A stretch of 64,000 nucleotides of DNA from Selaginella moellendorffii (taxonomy: Eukaryota; Plantae; Lycopodiophyta), in NCBI RefSeq assembly GCF_000143415.4, contig NW_003314321.1, forward strand, positions 1,126,236 to 1,190,235. The letters are read 5' to 3'. The position numbers were made by a program, and so were the translations under genes. Shown here piece after piece: positions 49,821 to 61,417 of this stretch (positions are counted from its first letter, which is position 1; each line of letters opens with the position of its first letter). The notes beneath the pieces were generated by a model. That model was not told the DNA's origin. It did not search any database and worked only from the letters and a program-made list of their open reading frames with translations.

Positions 49821-50519
49821 TTCTTTCTCCAGGATGTTGGACAAACCGAAAGATATACCTTGAGGCGACATTTAAAGGAAGTCATGGATCATCAAGGTCA
49901 AACGGGTGACTCGAAAGATCTTTCCTTTTCAACTGACCGTGCCCAGACCAAACAATTTTGTTATTTCATGAAACTGGAGTCAAAACGGAATGTTGCGGTG
50001 ATCTCTTCGAATTCCATATCCCGGCTGTTCACAAGTAGCCTTGCTTGAACACGCCGCCGAAGCGGTAATCTCCTCTTTCATACTGCTTGCCAAACTTGTG
50101 AGTGATCCAAAAATGCGGCCCTATTGTTCGAGCTAGATCGAACGCTTGCTTCACGCTACTAACGCTGATCAGATTGACACTAGGCCATTAACTAGTTCAG
50201 CTTCGATAATCTTGCACTCGGTGCCAGCCTAGCTGCTTAAACTCTATGGAATGGGATAGCATCGTTCTCTCGTTGGAGCAGGGCTGGAACAATGAGACTC
50301 GCGGCGATCGTGTTGGTGGCCTGGTTCGTCTTCCCGGCCGCGAGAAAAGCTAGCTCCAAGCCATCGAAAGAATTGTGGAAGATGAAGACGATTTAGCAAG
50401 GTTAGAAGAAAGAAAATTGCTCCTCTTGAAGCCGAACAACGAGCATGCCGTGCTTGCTACGAGGTTAAGTTTGTATCATTTTGTGTCAGCTCTGGGTGCA
50501 AAACGAAAAGAAAAGTTAT

Positions 50520-50800
50520 CCATGGTCCACTGCGAGCTTCGAGGCCGCTCTACACCGACGACTTTAGATCTTGGCCGGTATGTTCTGAGAGCGCACAAGA
50601 ATCTGGCTAAGACGAGCAAGCTTTTGACTTCTTGTACTGCGTAGCGTTTGAGATGATGGATGCACAGTGGCTCGCAATGCGTGCTTCCTGGAGGTAAAAG
50701 AACCAGGTGGGATCCCATTCCGGAAGCATCACCGAGGTGTGGTTTCGTCAAGAGGAGTGTGAGGAGCTCTGCCGATACTCGCTCGTGTTCCTTGCTGTAA
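50520..50800 (+). pseudogene. Degenerate copy of the 46862-47275 small ORF
   Basis: LDLGRY vs LDFGRY; tgtggtttcgtcaagaggagtgtgaggagctctgccgatactcgctc aligns with tgtggcctcgttaagagggagtgtgag..gagctccgccgctactcgctc; stops and indels present. Confidence 0.65.
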
Positions 50801-50828
50801 GTTTGGCCACAGAAACCGTAGATAGAAA

Positions 50829-53249
50829 CTAGAAATGTGGCTCGACAATGCTCACGCCAGGTGGTTTCCGGAGCCCTTTGTCTTGCATGCTTCGTCTCAA
50901 GCACGCAGCGTCCTCTCGCCGGCCAACCGCCACAAACATGTTGGACAGGAGCACGTAGTGATTGCTGCAGCTCTCGTCTTGTCTGCCGCGATGCCATTGC
51001 CTATGATGTGACTCTGCTTCCTCACCACGCGTGCTCACTGCAACTCCCATGCAACCCAGCTGCTGCGCTGCTCGGGCTCCGCACTCAACGTCCCCGTGAG
51101 TTCTGCACGCGGCCAGCACCGTCGACCATGCCACAGGATCCGGCGAAAACGGCAGGCCATGAACCAGCCGTTCCGCCTCCGCTACTTCTCCCGCCCTCGC
51201 CACGATGTCAATCATTCTGTAGTAGTGTTGCCGGGTGGGGCTGCGGTAGTGCTCGCTGCTCATCCATGCAAACAGCTCACAGCTCCGCCGCAACATCCCG
51301 ACGTGACTGCACGCTCCCAGGACATGCATGAAGGTGATGCAGTCTGGGGTGAAGCCGGCCAGCACCATTTCCTGGAACAGGTCGAGTGCCTCGTGCCCAT
51401 GCCCTTTGGCGGCATACGCACCGATTATGTTGTTCCACGACGCCAGATTGTGCTGTGGAGTGTTGTTAAAGAGAATCTTTGCATCCTCGAGTCGCCCCTT
51501 GTGTGCAAAGGCAGCCACCATGCAGTTCCACGAGCAAGTGTTGCAGTGAGACATCCTCCCAAAGGTAGAGACTGCCTCCTCAAGTTGCCCGTTTGCCGCA
51601 TAAGCTGCAAGAGCAGCATTCCACGAGAGGTTGTTTCTTTCCGGCATAGAATCAAACAATGTTTTCGCCTCTACCATCTGCCCAGACTGTGCATATGCTT
51701 CTATAATGCTGTTCCATGAACGCACGCTTTTCTCTGGAAATCGATCAAACAACTCCTTGGCCAGCTCTACATGCCCGTTTACGGCATACGCTGAAACCAT
51801 GGCATTCATCACCGCAACATCTTCTGGCAGCCGCTCAAACACCCGTTTCGCCTCCGCCACGTCCCCCAATACCGCATAGCACCCAATCACCGCCGCTACC
51901 GCAGCGGCCGTGCACACGGGCATCTCCTCCAGTGCCTGCTTCGCCTCGACACAGTAGCCATTCCCCGCCAGCGAGGCAACAAGCGCGCTCCACGACCCGA
52001 GGCTTCGCTCCGGCATCCGCTGGAACATCGCCTCCACCTCCTCGATGATCCCGCTAGCTCCCAGCGCGGCGATCATGGCGTTCCACGACACAACCGTCTT
52101 GTGAGACAAGCACTCGTGCAGCCACTGCGCCTCTTCGATCGAACCCTTCGCCGCCATCGCCCCGATGATGGTGTTCCACGACACGGGATCCCACTGCGGC
52201 ATTTTGTGGAAAATGCGCTTGTCGTCCTCGAGCAGCTGCCCGTTCTTGGCCTGCGCCTGGAGCAGCGCGTTCCATAGCACCACGTCGCGGATGCTGGGCA
52301 TGGCGTGGAAGCCGGCACTCGCCTCTTCCAGCAGTCCCGCGTCGGACTGGGCGGTGAGGAGGATCGCCCACGACACGGCGTCCCACTCGGGCATTTTGCC
52401 GTGGATGTGCCGCGCGGTATCAACGTCCCCGCCGTGACTGTGCGCCGCCAGCACCGCGCCCCACGACACGATGTTCCTGCCGCTCGGCATGCGATCGAAC
52501 AGCCTCTTGGCCTCGCCCCAGGTGCTGGGACAATCGCCCCGCGCGTAGGCGGACATCATTGCGGTCCAAGACACGACGTTTTTGTCATCGCCCTCCATGG
52601 AATCGAAGATCGTTCGAGCTTCACACACATGCCCGGCTTGGGCATACGCACACATGACGACCGTCTTTGAAAATACGCAGTGCTCAGGCAAGCGATGGAA
52701 CACTCCTAGCGCGTTTTCCAGTTCCTCAGCGTCTGCGTAGCATTGTAACATAGTCGTCCACGAAATCTCATCTTTGCAAGGCGCCGCATCAAACACCCGC
52801 TGCGCTACTTCTATATGCCCTTGTTGGGCATAGCCTGCAAGCAAGGTGTTCCACGAGACGAGGTTGTGACATGGCATGGCGAGAAAGATCTCCTGCGCCA
52901 GACGTTGTTGCCTGTCCTGTGCATACATCCTCACCATGGTCGTCCACGACACCACGTCTCTGGCGGGCATGACGGAGAAGAAGATCGCAGCCGCGTCGTG
53001 GAGGCGGGCAGAGGTGGCGTGCGCCTGCACGAGGATGTTCCAGGAGAAGGCATCTGGCTGCTGAATGTGCTGGAAGACGCGGCAAGCGTCGTCCAGGCTG
53101 CCGCAGCGCGCATACATCTGGACGAGATGATTGGCGATCAAGGTGTTGGAGGCAACGAGATTCTCGTGCTTGTGCTCGAGCTGCCTGGCGCGGAGCAAGC
53201 TCCTGCACTGGCGCAGCTCACCTGCGATGGCAACCAGCTCCACTCGCAT
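50829..53249 (-). CDS. Intronless PLS-class PPR protein with E/E+ start, no DYW
   Basis: 806 aa of PPR motifs, then PDCITFMHVLGACSHVG..HY..MIDIVARAG..W..VLAACRTHGD..YVLLSN..MQDKGLRKPPGVS. Confidence 0.94.
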   Translation of the reverse strand: MRVELVAIAGELRQCRSLLRARQLEHKHENLVASNTLIANHLVQMYARCGSLDDACRVFQHIQQPDAFSWNILVQAHATSARLHDAAAIFFSVMPARDVVSWTTMVRMYAQDRQQRLAQEIFLAMPCHNLVSWNTLLAGYAQQGHIEVAQRVFDAAPCKDEISWTTMLQCYADAEELENALGVFHRLPEHCVFSKTVVMCAYAQAGHVCEARTIFDSMEGDDKNVVSWTAMMSAYARGDCPSTWGEAKRLFDRMPSGRNIVSWGAVLAAHSHGGDVDTARHIHGKMPEWDAVSWAILLTAQSDAGLLEEASAGFHAMPSIRDVVLWNALLQAQAKNGQLLEDDKRIFHKMPQWDPVSWNTIIGAMAAKGSIEEAQWLHECLSHKTVVSWNAMIAALGASGIIEEVEAMFQRMPERSLGSWSALVASLAGNGYCVEAKQALEEMPVCTAAAVAAVIGCYAVLGDVAEAKRVFERLPEDVAVMNAMVSAYAVNGHVELAKELFDRFPEKSVRSWNSIIEAYAQSGQMVEAKTLFDSMPERNNLSWNAALAAYAANGQLEEAVSTFGRMSHCNTCSWNCMVAAFAHKGRLEDAKILFNNTPQHNLASWNNIIGAYAAKGHGHEALDLFQEMVLAGFTPDCITFMHVLGACSHVGMLRRSCELFAWMSSEHYRSPTRQHYYRMIDIVARAGEVAEAERLVHGLPFSPDPVAWSTVLAACRTHGDVECGARAAQQLGCMGVAVSTRGEEAESHHRQWHRGRQDESCSNHYVLLSNMFVAVGRREDAACLRRSMQDKGLRKPPGVSIVEPHF

Positions 53250-53532
53250 GACATGGTTGTTCTATATGGTGAGAAATCTTTCGATCAATAGATTGTACAA
53301 AGCGTGGTGATCAATCTCAAAAGCGTTAATGCTTTCTTCTTGTCTAGTTCTTCTAGTAGTCAACTTGTAGCACTGTAGTTGCTCGAGGGATCATTGGTCA
53401 GCAACGTGATGCGCATGCGAGCTTAGAAAATGCGATTTTGTATCTCTATACACTCTGGCATATTTTTTCAGTGGCGATAGTTTACACGTGGAATATACGG
53501 ATTTCACTCAAAGAAGAATGATTTTCCTGCCT

Positions 53533-54446
53533 TCAAGTCGAGCCGAATCCTGTCCAGAACAAGTCGTCTTCCTCCAGGAAAGATCCGCCCCGCGACTCGC
53601 TGCTCTGGAGCATTTCGCTGCTGGGCTCCTCGAAAATGTGTGCGAGATCGAAGGGGTCGAGGATGGTTGGAGCGGCAGCAACAGAACCAGCCTCGAAACC
53701 CACCAGACATTGATGACTCCTGGGCTCCTCGTGCTGCTGGCTCTGCGAAACTGGAGAATTTCTGCTGCTGCTGCTGCTAGTACTGCTGCCGCCGCTGTTG
53801 CTGCTGTTTGTGAGTGCCCAAGACATGGATCTGGGAGTAGCAGCAGTCGCGGCAGGAGCTTCGAATTCACTTCTAATAAACCCTGAGGAGGTTGTGTGCA
53901 TAGAGGTTGATCTAGCGTGTGTCACGGGATCAATCCCAAGCGCCTTGAACTTCTTTTTGATGGTCGAGTTCCAGTAGTTCTTGATCTGGTTGTCTGTGCG
54001 ACCGGGGAGCTTTGCAGCAATCTGGGACCATCTGCTCGTTGTATGGGAAAAGTTTCAGGGTTCGTAGCAAACACTGGAAACATGCTCATGAAGTGAAAAC
54101 TCCCACCTGTTTCCCACAATTGCATGCATTTCCACAATGAACTTCTCCTCCTGGGCCGAGAAATCGCTATGGTTGAGCTCCGGCCTCAGATAATTGATCC
54201 ATCGCAGCCTGCAGCTCTTCCCGCATCGCTTGAGACCTGTCAGGATCATCACATGTACGAGATTTCATGAGAGTCACATGATGTTTATATACCCGCATGC
54301 TTTGGAATGTCACTCCATCGGCTGTGGCCGTGCTTGAGCAGGCACTCCATCAATCGCTCGTCTTCCTCTGGCGACCACAGCCCACGGCGTGCCATCAAAG
54401 GTCTCCTTGCTCGAAGATTTGTCTTACCACTGCTATTAACTTCCAT
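53533..54446 (-). CDS. R2R3-MYB transcription factor, copy 1 (3 exons)
   Basis: [21 protein letters not shown]|[23 protein letters not shown]|[30 protein letters not shown]. Confidence 0.93.
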
Positions 54447-55289
54447 TGTCCTGCAAGATCCAAACTTGGGACCTTTGAGTTCCTGGACAGCACTGTGGAG
54501 AAGGAAAATATTCCTCTTCGCCCATAACCTTCTCTTCTCCAGTGACTATATAACACAATTCTCAAAGAACTGTATCGTTTTTTTGTTTCGATTTAACTAC
54601 CATTTGTAACTGCGAGACGTGCTTTTACTTCTCTTTCCCTTGGAAAATCTTTGTATTGTTGGACCCGCCACCATTGGCAGTGTGCAGCTACGAGCCTAGA
54701 TGAAAGCTAGTCTCCGAGGTTGGCGCGATTATCATTTCTTGAGCGCTGTAATAATTAAGCCGGCGGTGGACCAAGTTGAGGCAAAATGCCAAGGCTCTTG
54801 TTTAATCAAGACTGTAAGCATGAAACACGATGATTCGAGGATTTGGTGTGATTTCCAATAAAAGCGCGTCGGCATAGCATCGCCCTCCGAGACTCGACAA
54901 ATGCCCGCAAATAAAATTTGATCGTGCCTGTTGTTGTCCTAGAGAATGAGAGAGACATTATAGACGGGAATTCAAGGGAAAGGTGGACAAGGGACACCAA
55001 GCAAGCTTCTAAAAGAGCTGGCGTTGCCTGTGGCTGCGATGGCGAGCTCGTTCTACATTGCTGACCAGGACGTGTCTCACGCTCGCCTCGCTCGCTCGTT
55101 GCTTTCCCTTGGCTACAACTCAGCCAACTGGGCGACCCATTCCTTGTTTCTTCGCGTTACGTTACGGGGCGAGACTTTGTCAACGCTCAAGGCTGGCCGT
55201 GAGAGACGAGGAGCACTCACTGGAGGGATTGCGGCCAAGCCAGCCTCGAATCTTGGCAGTGGGGGCCTCCAAATCCTCCTTATTTGAAG

Positions 55290-56120
55290 TCTCGGGAAGG
55301 ACGAGCTCGCAAATCTTCTCCAGTCGTGTGGTGCCCACAAAGATGTTGCTCACACAGGATCGGCTGCTTGGGCGACGCCGCTGAATCTCTTATCCTGGAT
55401 CCCATGCTGCTCAGAGACGATGTGTCCTGGAACAACATCTAGACGATGCGACGTACGTGTGTGACAAGATGCCTCTTTGGAGCATTGCAACATTCTTTTT
55501 ATTGTTACGCGGAGCAATGCAGAATAACGAAGGTTGCCCAATGTCGAGGAACTCTAAGCTAGCAGCTTATGCCCCAAATGGGCATCAATCGGCGAAGTGT
55601 TGTTTTGAAGAGCGAGGACGTTATCTCCTGGAACAGTTTGTTTCGAGCTACCAAAACGGGCACCTGGATCACTCTTTCTTTTCATGCTGGAGTGTAGCAC
55701 GGTAACTTGGACCTCCATGATAGTGCATGGTGAGGTCTCGACCGTGCCATGGAAACTTTTAACTCGGTGCGTGAAATTACATATGTATATTTGGCCATTC
55801 GAGTTATCCTTGAGTCATCTCCATCCATCATTGCTTCTGCATATCTTTTCATGGTATCAGAGCCTTGAGGGATATGATAGCAGCGAATGTTCTAAATGGT
55901 CATGTACATAGTGCCACTGTGGTATTTACCTCTACACCCTTACATGAGGCTTTGGGTTGGACAATAATTTGGATCCATGGAAAAAGCACGCGAGATTTTC
56001 CGAAGTGGAACGTTGTTTCATCGAATGCTATGATCCAAGCTTATACCCAAAACGGGCGAAGCTTCGAGGCCGGCGTGGAGCTACGTCGGGCTGCTGCACG
56101 CCATGGTGGAGTCTGCCAAA
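55290..56120 (+). pseudogene. Deleted, frameshifted paralog of the 61418 PPR
   Basis: Colinear fragments matching 61447-62820 (gagctcgcaaa.cttctccagtcgtgtg.tgcccacaa.gatgttgctc; taccaaaacgggcacctggatcac; atgatccaagcttat). Confidence 0.88.
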
Positions 56121-56345
56121 AACTCGTTCGATAATCTTGCGCGCTTGGTTGTTTGTAATCTATATGTTGCGGGGAGAGAGAGCTGGAACAACGAGAAAGA
56201 AGAGCAATGTTCCTGAGCTTTCCTCCTCCTCTTCAGCTGATCAAGACACTTGCCAAGTTGCTGCTCGTCACTGCTGGGAGTTCAGTTTGTATAGCTGGGT
56301 GTATTAGAATTCCCTATCAACCAAAGCGAACAACCCATATCAACC

Positions 56346-56460
56346 ATGGTGCCTGCCGCGCCGCCCACCTGCTGGGCTTCGAGGCGGCTCTACATCCACG
56401 ACTTTAGGAGGTACAAGAACCTGGTGGTGATTTTCGCTAGATCTCCACATAGGAAACATC
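56346..56460 (+). pseudogene. Fragment of the 46862 small-ORF family
   Basis: RLYIHDFRRYK..ARSPHRK vs PLYILDFGRYK..TQSPHRK. Confidence 0.6.
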
Positions 56461-56699
56461 TTCACCGAGGCCTACATGCCCGAGACGAAGAACCCGGGAA
56501 TAGCTGCTCCGTGGACCGAGGCACCGACGGTACCCAGGAAGATACAGAGGACCTACAAGATCCCATTCTCGCAGGCAAAGCAGGACAGTGACGATCTAAG
56601 CTTCGGATCGTGCCATCCGTTTGTCGTCCTCGGAGCGCGCGCGCGCCTGTGCCGGGGATGATCTTCTCTCTGGCGGCTCAGCTACTCGCGACCATTACT

Positions 56700-56986
56700 G
56701 CCCGTTTCTGGAGTCGCGGATGCTGGGATGGCGAGTTGCCTTCTCCTGCAGTCCCGCGTCGAATGAGTGATGAGGAGGATCGCCCACGAAGACACGGGCT
56801 GCTGGATATGGACTTCATGAATCAGCGTCTGCGTGGCATTGTAGAGTCAGGCTGCTACTGGCATACATAGATCTGGACCATCTGGACGAGATGATTAGCG
56901 AGCAGGGTGTTGGCGGGGATGAGATTGCCGTCTTGTTCGCAAGCTGCTGGCGCAGAGCAAGCTCCTGCAACCAGCTCCACTCGCAT
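56700..56986 (-). pseudogene. 5' remnant of the 50829-53249 PPR
   Basis: Shares aaccagctccactcgcatgacatg, catctggacgagatgatt and gaggaggatcgcccacga with the intact gene; large internal deletions. Confidence 0.85.
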
Positions 56987-57148
56987 GACATGATGACCGG
57001 TGTATATGGCGATAAATCTTTCAATTGTTTTGTAGTTCTAGCAGTGAACTTTTAGCATTGTAGGTGCTGAAATGATCATTGATCATGTGATGCGCATGCG
57101 AGCTTAGAAAAAGGAGTTTGTGCATGGAGATAATGGTTTTTCTTGCCT

Positions 57149-58004
57149 TCAAGTTGAGCAGAATCCTCCCCAGAATAAGTAGTCTTCCTCCAGGAAAGAT
57201 CTGCACGACTCGCTGCTCTGGAGCATCCCGCTGCTGGAATCCTCGAAAATTTGTGCGAAATCGAAAGGGTCGAGGATGTTCGTGGCCTCCAGACCATGAC
57301 TTCTGGGTTCTTGATCCTCGTGCTGCTGGCTCTGCGAAGCTGGAAAATTTCTGCTGCTGCTGCAGCTGCTGCAAGAGGCGACTTCAGTGGATCTGGCAGT
57401 AGCGGCACTTGGAGCTTCGAATTCACTTGTAGAGCCTGAGGAAGTTGTGTCTATAGACTGCTGGGTCTGAGAGACTGTCACGGGATCAATCCCAAGCGCC
57501 TTGAACTTCTTTCTGATGCTCGAGTTCCAGTAGTTCTTGATCTGGTTATCTGTGCGACCGGGGAGCTTTGCAGCAATCTGGGACCATCTGCTAGTTATAC
57601 GGCAAAAGTTTCACTGGTTCGTAGAAACATTGGAAGAGAAACCCCACCTGTTTCCCACAATTGCATGCATTTCCGCAATGAACTTCTCCTCCTGGGGCGA
57701 GAAATCGCTGTGGTTGAGCTCCGGTCTCAGATAGTTGAGCCATCGCAGCCTGCAGCTCTTCCCGCATCGCTTGAGACCTGTGCTCACGATCATCACCACA
57801 GATCATTTGTCTCTATGAAACCACTTCTCATGTCAGAGATGTGTATATACCGGCATGCTTTGGAACGTCACTCCATCGGCTGTGGCCGTGCTTGAGCACG
57901 CACTCGATCAATCGGTCGTCTTCATCTGGCGACCACAGCCCACGCCGTAGCATCAGAGGTTTCCTTGCTCGTGGATTTTTCTTACCGCTGCTATTAACTT
58001 CCAT
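57149..58004 (-). CDS. R2R3-MYB transcription factor, copy 2 (possible upstream ATG at 58043)
   Basis: Same 3-exon structure; [43 protein letters not shown]. Confidence 0.92.
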
Positions 58005-58436
58005 TTGCCTGTCTTCTAAAAGAATTGTGTTTTGTGCCACCATTGTGTATAGCCGTTTAACACAACAAACTCGACGACTATCATTAATTAAGCCTAGCCA
58101 TAATTATAGAGACAAAAGCTAGCTAGCTACCAACCGTCACAATTAGAAGTATCACCCTCTCTCCAAGACTTGACAAATGCTCGCAAATAAAATAGGTAGC
58201 GAGGGCAGCTTTGATCGTGCCTGTTGTACATTGTCCTAGAGAATGAGAGAGACACTTGTCGCTGCGATGGCAAACTCTGCCTCATGCTCGTTGGGCCACA
58301 CTTGGCTAGATTCCTCTTCGGTTTCGACGCGACCCATTCCTTGTTTTTCGGAGATCCAGCCATCCCGGGGGCAGGGTGGACACACTTCTGTCAATGTGTG
58401 ATGAGAACTTCGTGTAGATGCAAGGCCTTTTGTGTA

Positions 58437-58830
58437 TGAGATGGCGGCAGAGGCGTCTCAATGCTGCGCAAATCTTCTCCAGTCGTGTGGCGCCCAGAAA
58501 GATGTTGCTCATTTGCAATAGATCGGCATGGTGGATGCTGCTCTATTCTACTGCGAACTCACAACGAGGTGTTCTGGAATGCAAGCGACTGCCCAGAATG
58601 GGCATCCAGAGAATGTGAAGTACGTGTTTGGCAAGGTGCCCGGAGCATTGAACGTGGAACATTCTTTTTTATGCTTACGCGCATCAAGGCATGGTACTGG
58701 AAGCAGTTCGACTCTCGTACAATGCCCGAGCACAACCTCATGTCGTGGAACGCTATGCCGGCAGCTTATTCCGAGTATGGGCATCAATCGGAGGCGAAGT
58801 GTTGCTTTGACAAGATGCCCGAGCGCAACT
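58437..58830 (+). pseudogene. Second remnant of the 61418 PPR
   Basis: Identical start MRWRQRRLNA, then fragments (MPEHNLMSWNAM..CCFDKMPERN) with deletions and frameshifts. Confidence 0.9.
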
Positions 58831-59597
58831 AGAGCAGCCGGAGACAACAGGGAGTGCGCTCCATGAGTAGCCGAGCCTCTTGCAAGTGCCTGCTGAACGG
58901 CATGGCGTGGAACTCATTCTACTCACGGATTGTTAAATTTGGCCCCTATCTTGTTTAGAGAGGCATCCATGATCAACGTGCATGGTCAGCGAGGCTATAT
59001 ATCTCACAGCACCATGGTTGATGCCATGCCGTGACATGGTTGCCTGGATTTCCAGGGTGCCTGGAAATTGTCTATGGATTCCAACATCAAGGGCATAGAG
59101 GTAAACACACCAGGGGGGAAAGACCCATCTGTTATGTTCCTTCTCGGTTAACATGTTAAAATGTTGTGAATCACACCAGGCCACTAGTTGTTTCAGGAGC
59201 CCGACACACAGTTTACATATATCGCCTTGATGTAAGTGGAGAAGGATCAGCGTCACAACTGGATTGTAATGCCAGGAACAACGAAATACTGGCCGAAGTT
59301 CACACTGCCTAGGACGCCTTGTCCAGGAAGTCCGTTGGACTCGAGTGGAGTGGGGTTTTTCATTTCTATGTTGTGGCAAATGGCAGGATTTAACTGCGGA
59401 TTTTGCGAGAGACTGGCTTCAGCTTGGTTTGAGAACAAGAAGCTGACCGTTCAACTTTCTTGACAACGAGAAAGAAGAACTCCTCCTCCAGCTACAAGCA
59501 TGCACCTGCCAAGTTGCTGGAGGCCATGTTCAGTGGATACCAGAGCGAAGCCTCGGGCAGTCGTGTCCCACCCACTGTGTCATCTCGTCTGTCGTCT

Positions 59598-60203
59598 GGA
59601 GTTCCATAGCACCAAGTCGCGGATGCTGAGTCGCCTCCTCCTGCAGTCCCGCGTCGGACTGCGTGGTGATGAGGATCGCCCTCGACTCGGGCATTTTGTG
59701 CCCGTGACAGTGGGCCGCCAGCGCCGCGCCCCACGACACGATGTTCCTGCCGCTCGGCATGCAACAGCCTCTTGGCCTCGCCCTGCTGGGACAAGCGCCC
59801 CGCGTGTAGGCGGCGGTCCAAGACACGACACTTTTGTCGTCGAGTTGAAGATCGTTCACATCCCGGCTTGGGCACCGTTTTTGAAAACACGCAGTGCTCC
59901 GGACGGCAAGCGATAAAACACTCTTAGTCACGTTCTCCAGTTCCTCAGCCTCTGCGTGATAGAGTTGTAGTGGAATCAAACATTGTCCAGTGGAAGAATC
60001 AACACGCGCTGCAGTGCGTCTATGATGCTCACGTTACGCATATGCTGCAAGCAGAGACAATGTCATGACAGGGCATGGCGAGAAATATCTCTTCGGCGAG
60101 ATGATGTTTTCTTGTGCATACACCATCAACACCGTCTCTGGCGGGCATGGCGATTGTCGTGCTTGTGCTCAATCTGCCTGGCGCTTCTGCAACCAGCTCC
60201 ACT
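59598..60203 (-). pseudogene. Second remnant of the 50829-53249 PPR
   Basis: ccacgacacgatgttcctgccgctcggcatgc and gcggtccaagacacgac are identical to 52461-52577; multiple frameshifts. Confidence 0.9.
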
Positions 60204-60339
60204 AGCGGTGAATTTCTTGTTGTGCAGTTCTAGCAGTCAAAGGGATCATTCGTCAGCAACGTGATGCGCATGCGAGCTTAGAAAATGCGATTCTTATCAC
60301 ACACCAAATTATACGGTGTTTATACATGGTGAGAACGGT

Positions 60340-60845
60340 TTTACTGCCTTCAAGTCGAGCCAAATCCTGCCCAGAACAAGTCGTCTTCCCTCCAGGAACG
60401 ATGTGCCGGCCCGTGCTGCACGACTCGTTGCGATCTGGAGCATCCCACTGCTCATGTGTTCCTCTTTTCCCGCTGGATAACAAAGGAAAAGCTCTAGAGA
60501 TCGAAAGTATTCGTAGCCTTGAAACCCAGACATTAATTGATGATTTCTGGATTCTTGATCCTCGTGCTGCTTGCTCTGCGAAACTGGACAGTTTCTGCTG
60601 CCATTGCTGCTGTTTGTAAGAAGCCATTTCAGTGTGGTTGAACTCCGGCCTCAGATAGTTGATCCATCGCAGTCTGCAGCTCTTCCCGCATCGCTTAAGA
60701 CCTGTAGGAGATCCATCACATGAAGAGTCATATGATGTTTATATACCGGCATGGTCACTCCATCGGCTGTGGCCGTGCTTGAGCATACACTCGATTAATC
60801 GAGGTTTCCTTGCTCGAAAATTTGTCTTACGCTATTAGCTTCCAT
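60340..60845 (-). pseudogene. R2R3-MYB copy 3, pseudogene
   Basis: Retains [16 protein letters not shown] and parts of exons 1 and 3, but lacks the RGLWSP segment and the R3 repeat. Confidence 0.88.
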
Positions 60846-61417
60846 TCTTGTGAAATGCAAACGTGCTTTCTCTAATATATCTACAACTTACAAGAGCTGT
60901 GTTTGTTTCTATTTACCTAACATGTCCACAGACCTAGTGTAGACCTTAGTGTCGACCTTTTCCTGTAGTGTTCGACCCACCACCATTGCGTGTAGCCTTT
61001 TCCAGCACAACAAACACGAGGTTGGCAGGATTATCATTCATTAAGCCAAGAAATTAATTATAGATAAACTCTTGTTTAATCAAGGCTGGCAAAAGTGTGG
61101 TGTATTTCCAACCGGCACAAATTAGACGCGTGTCGGACTCAGACAAATTGTATTTATGTATCACTTGTTTTAAATTTTGTGGTGCCTATCTACAAACACC
61201 AACTCAATATGCTCGAGAGCCTGACATTAGCTTTGAAATTAAATAGGTCGCTTGATCGTGTTCTAAAAAATGAGGGAGACAATGCTTGCGTGGCTTGTGG
61301 CTGTGATGACAAACTCATTCTACCGTGGACACACTTTTGTTAGTGCTCAAGGCTGGGCGTGAGCACTTACTGGCAGTGGAATTTTCTCATTTGTAGCTGT
61401 AGATAGGCATTATATGT

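Noticed and set aside
50476-50828. Possible frameshifted DYW domain after the 806-aa PPR
   Set aside because: No HSE/CxxCH/DYW motifs; the region is better explained as an opposite-strand remnant of the small ORF.
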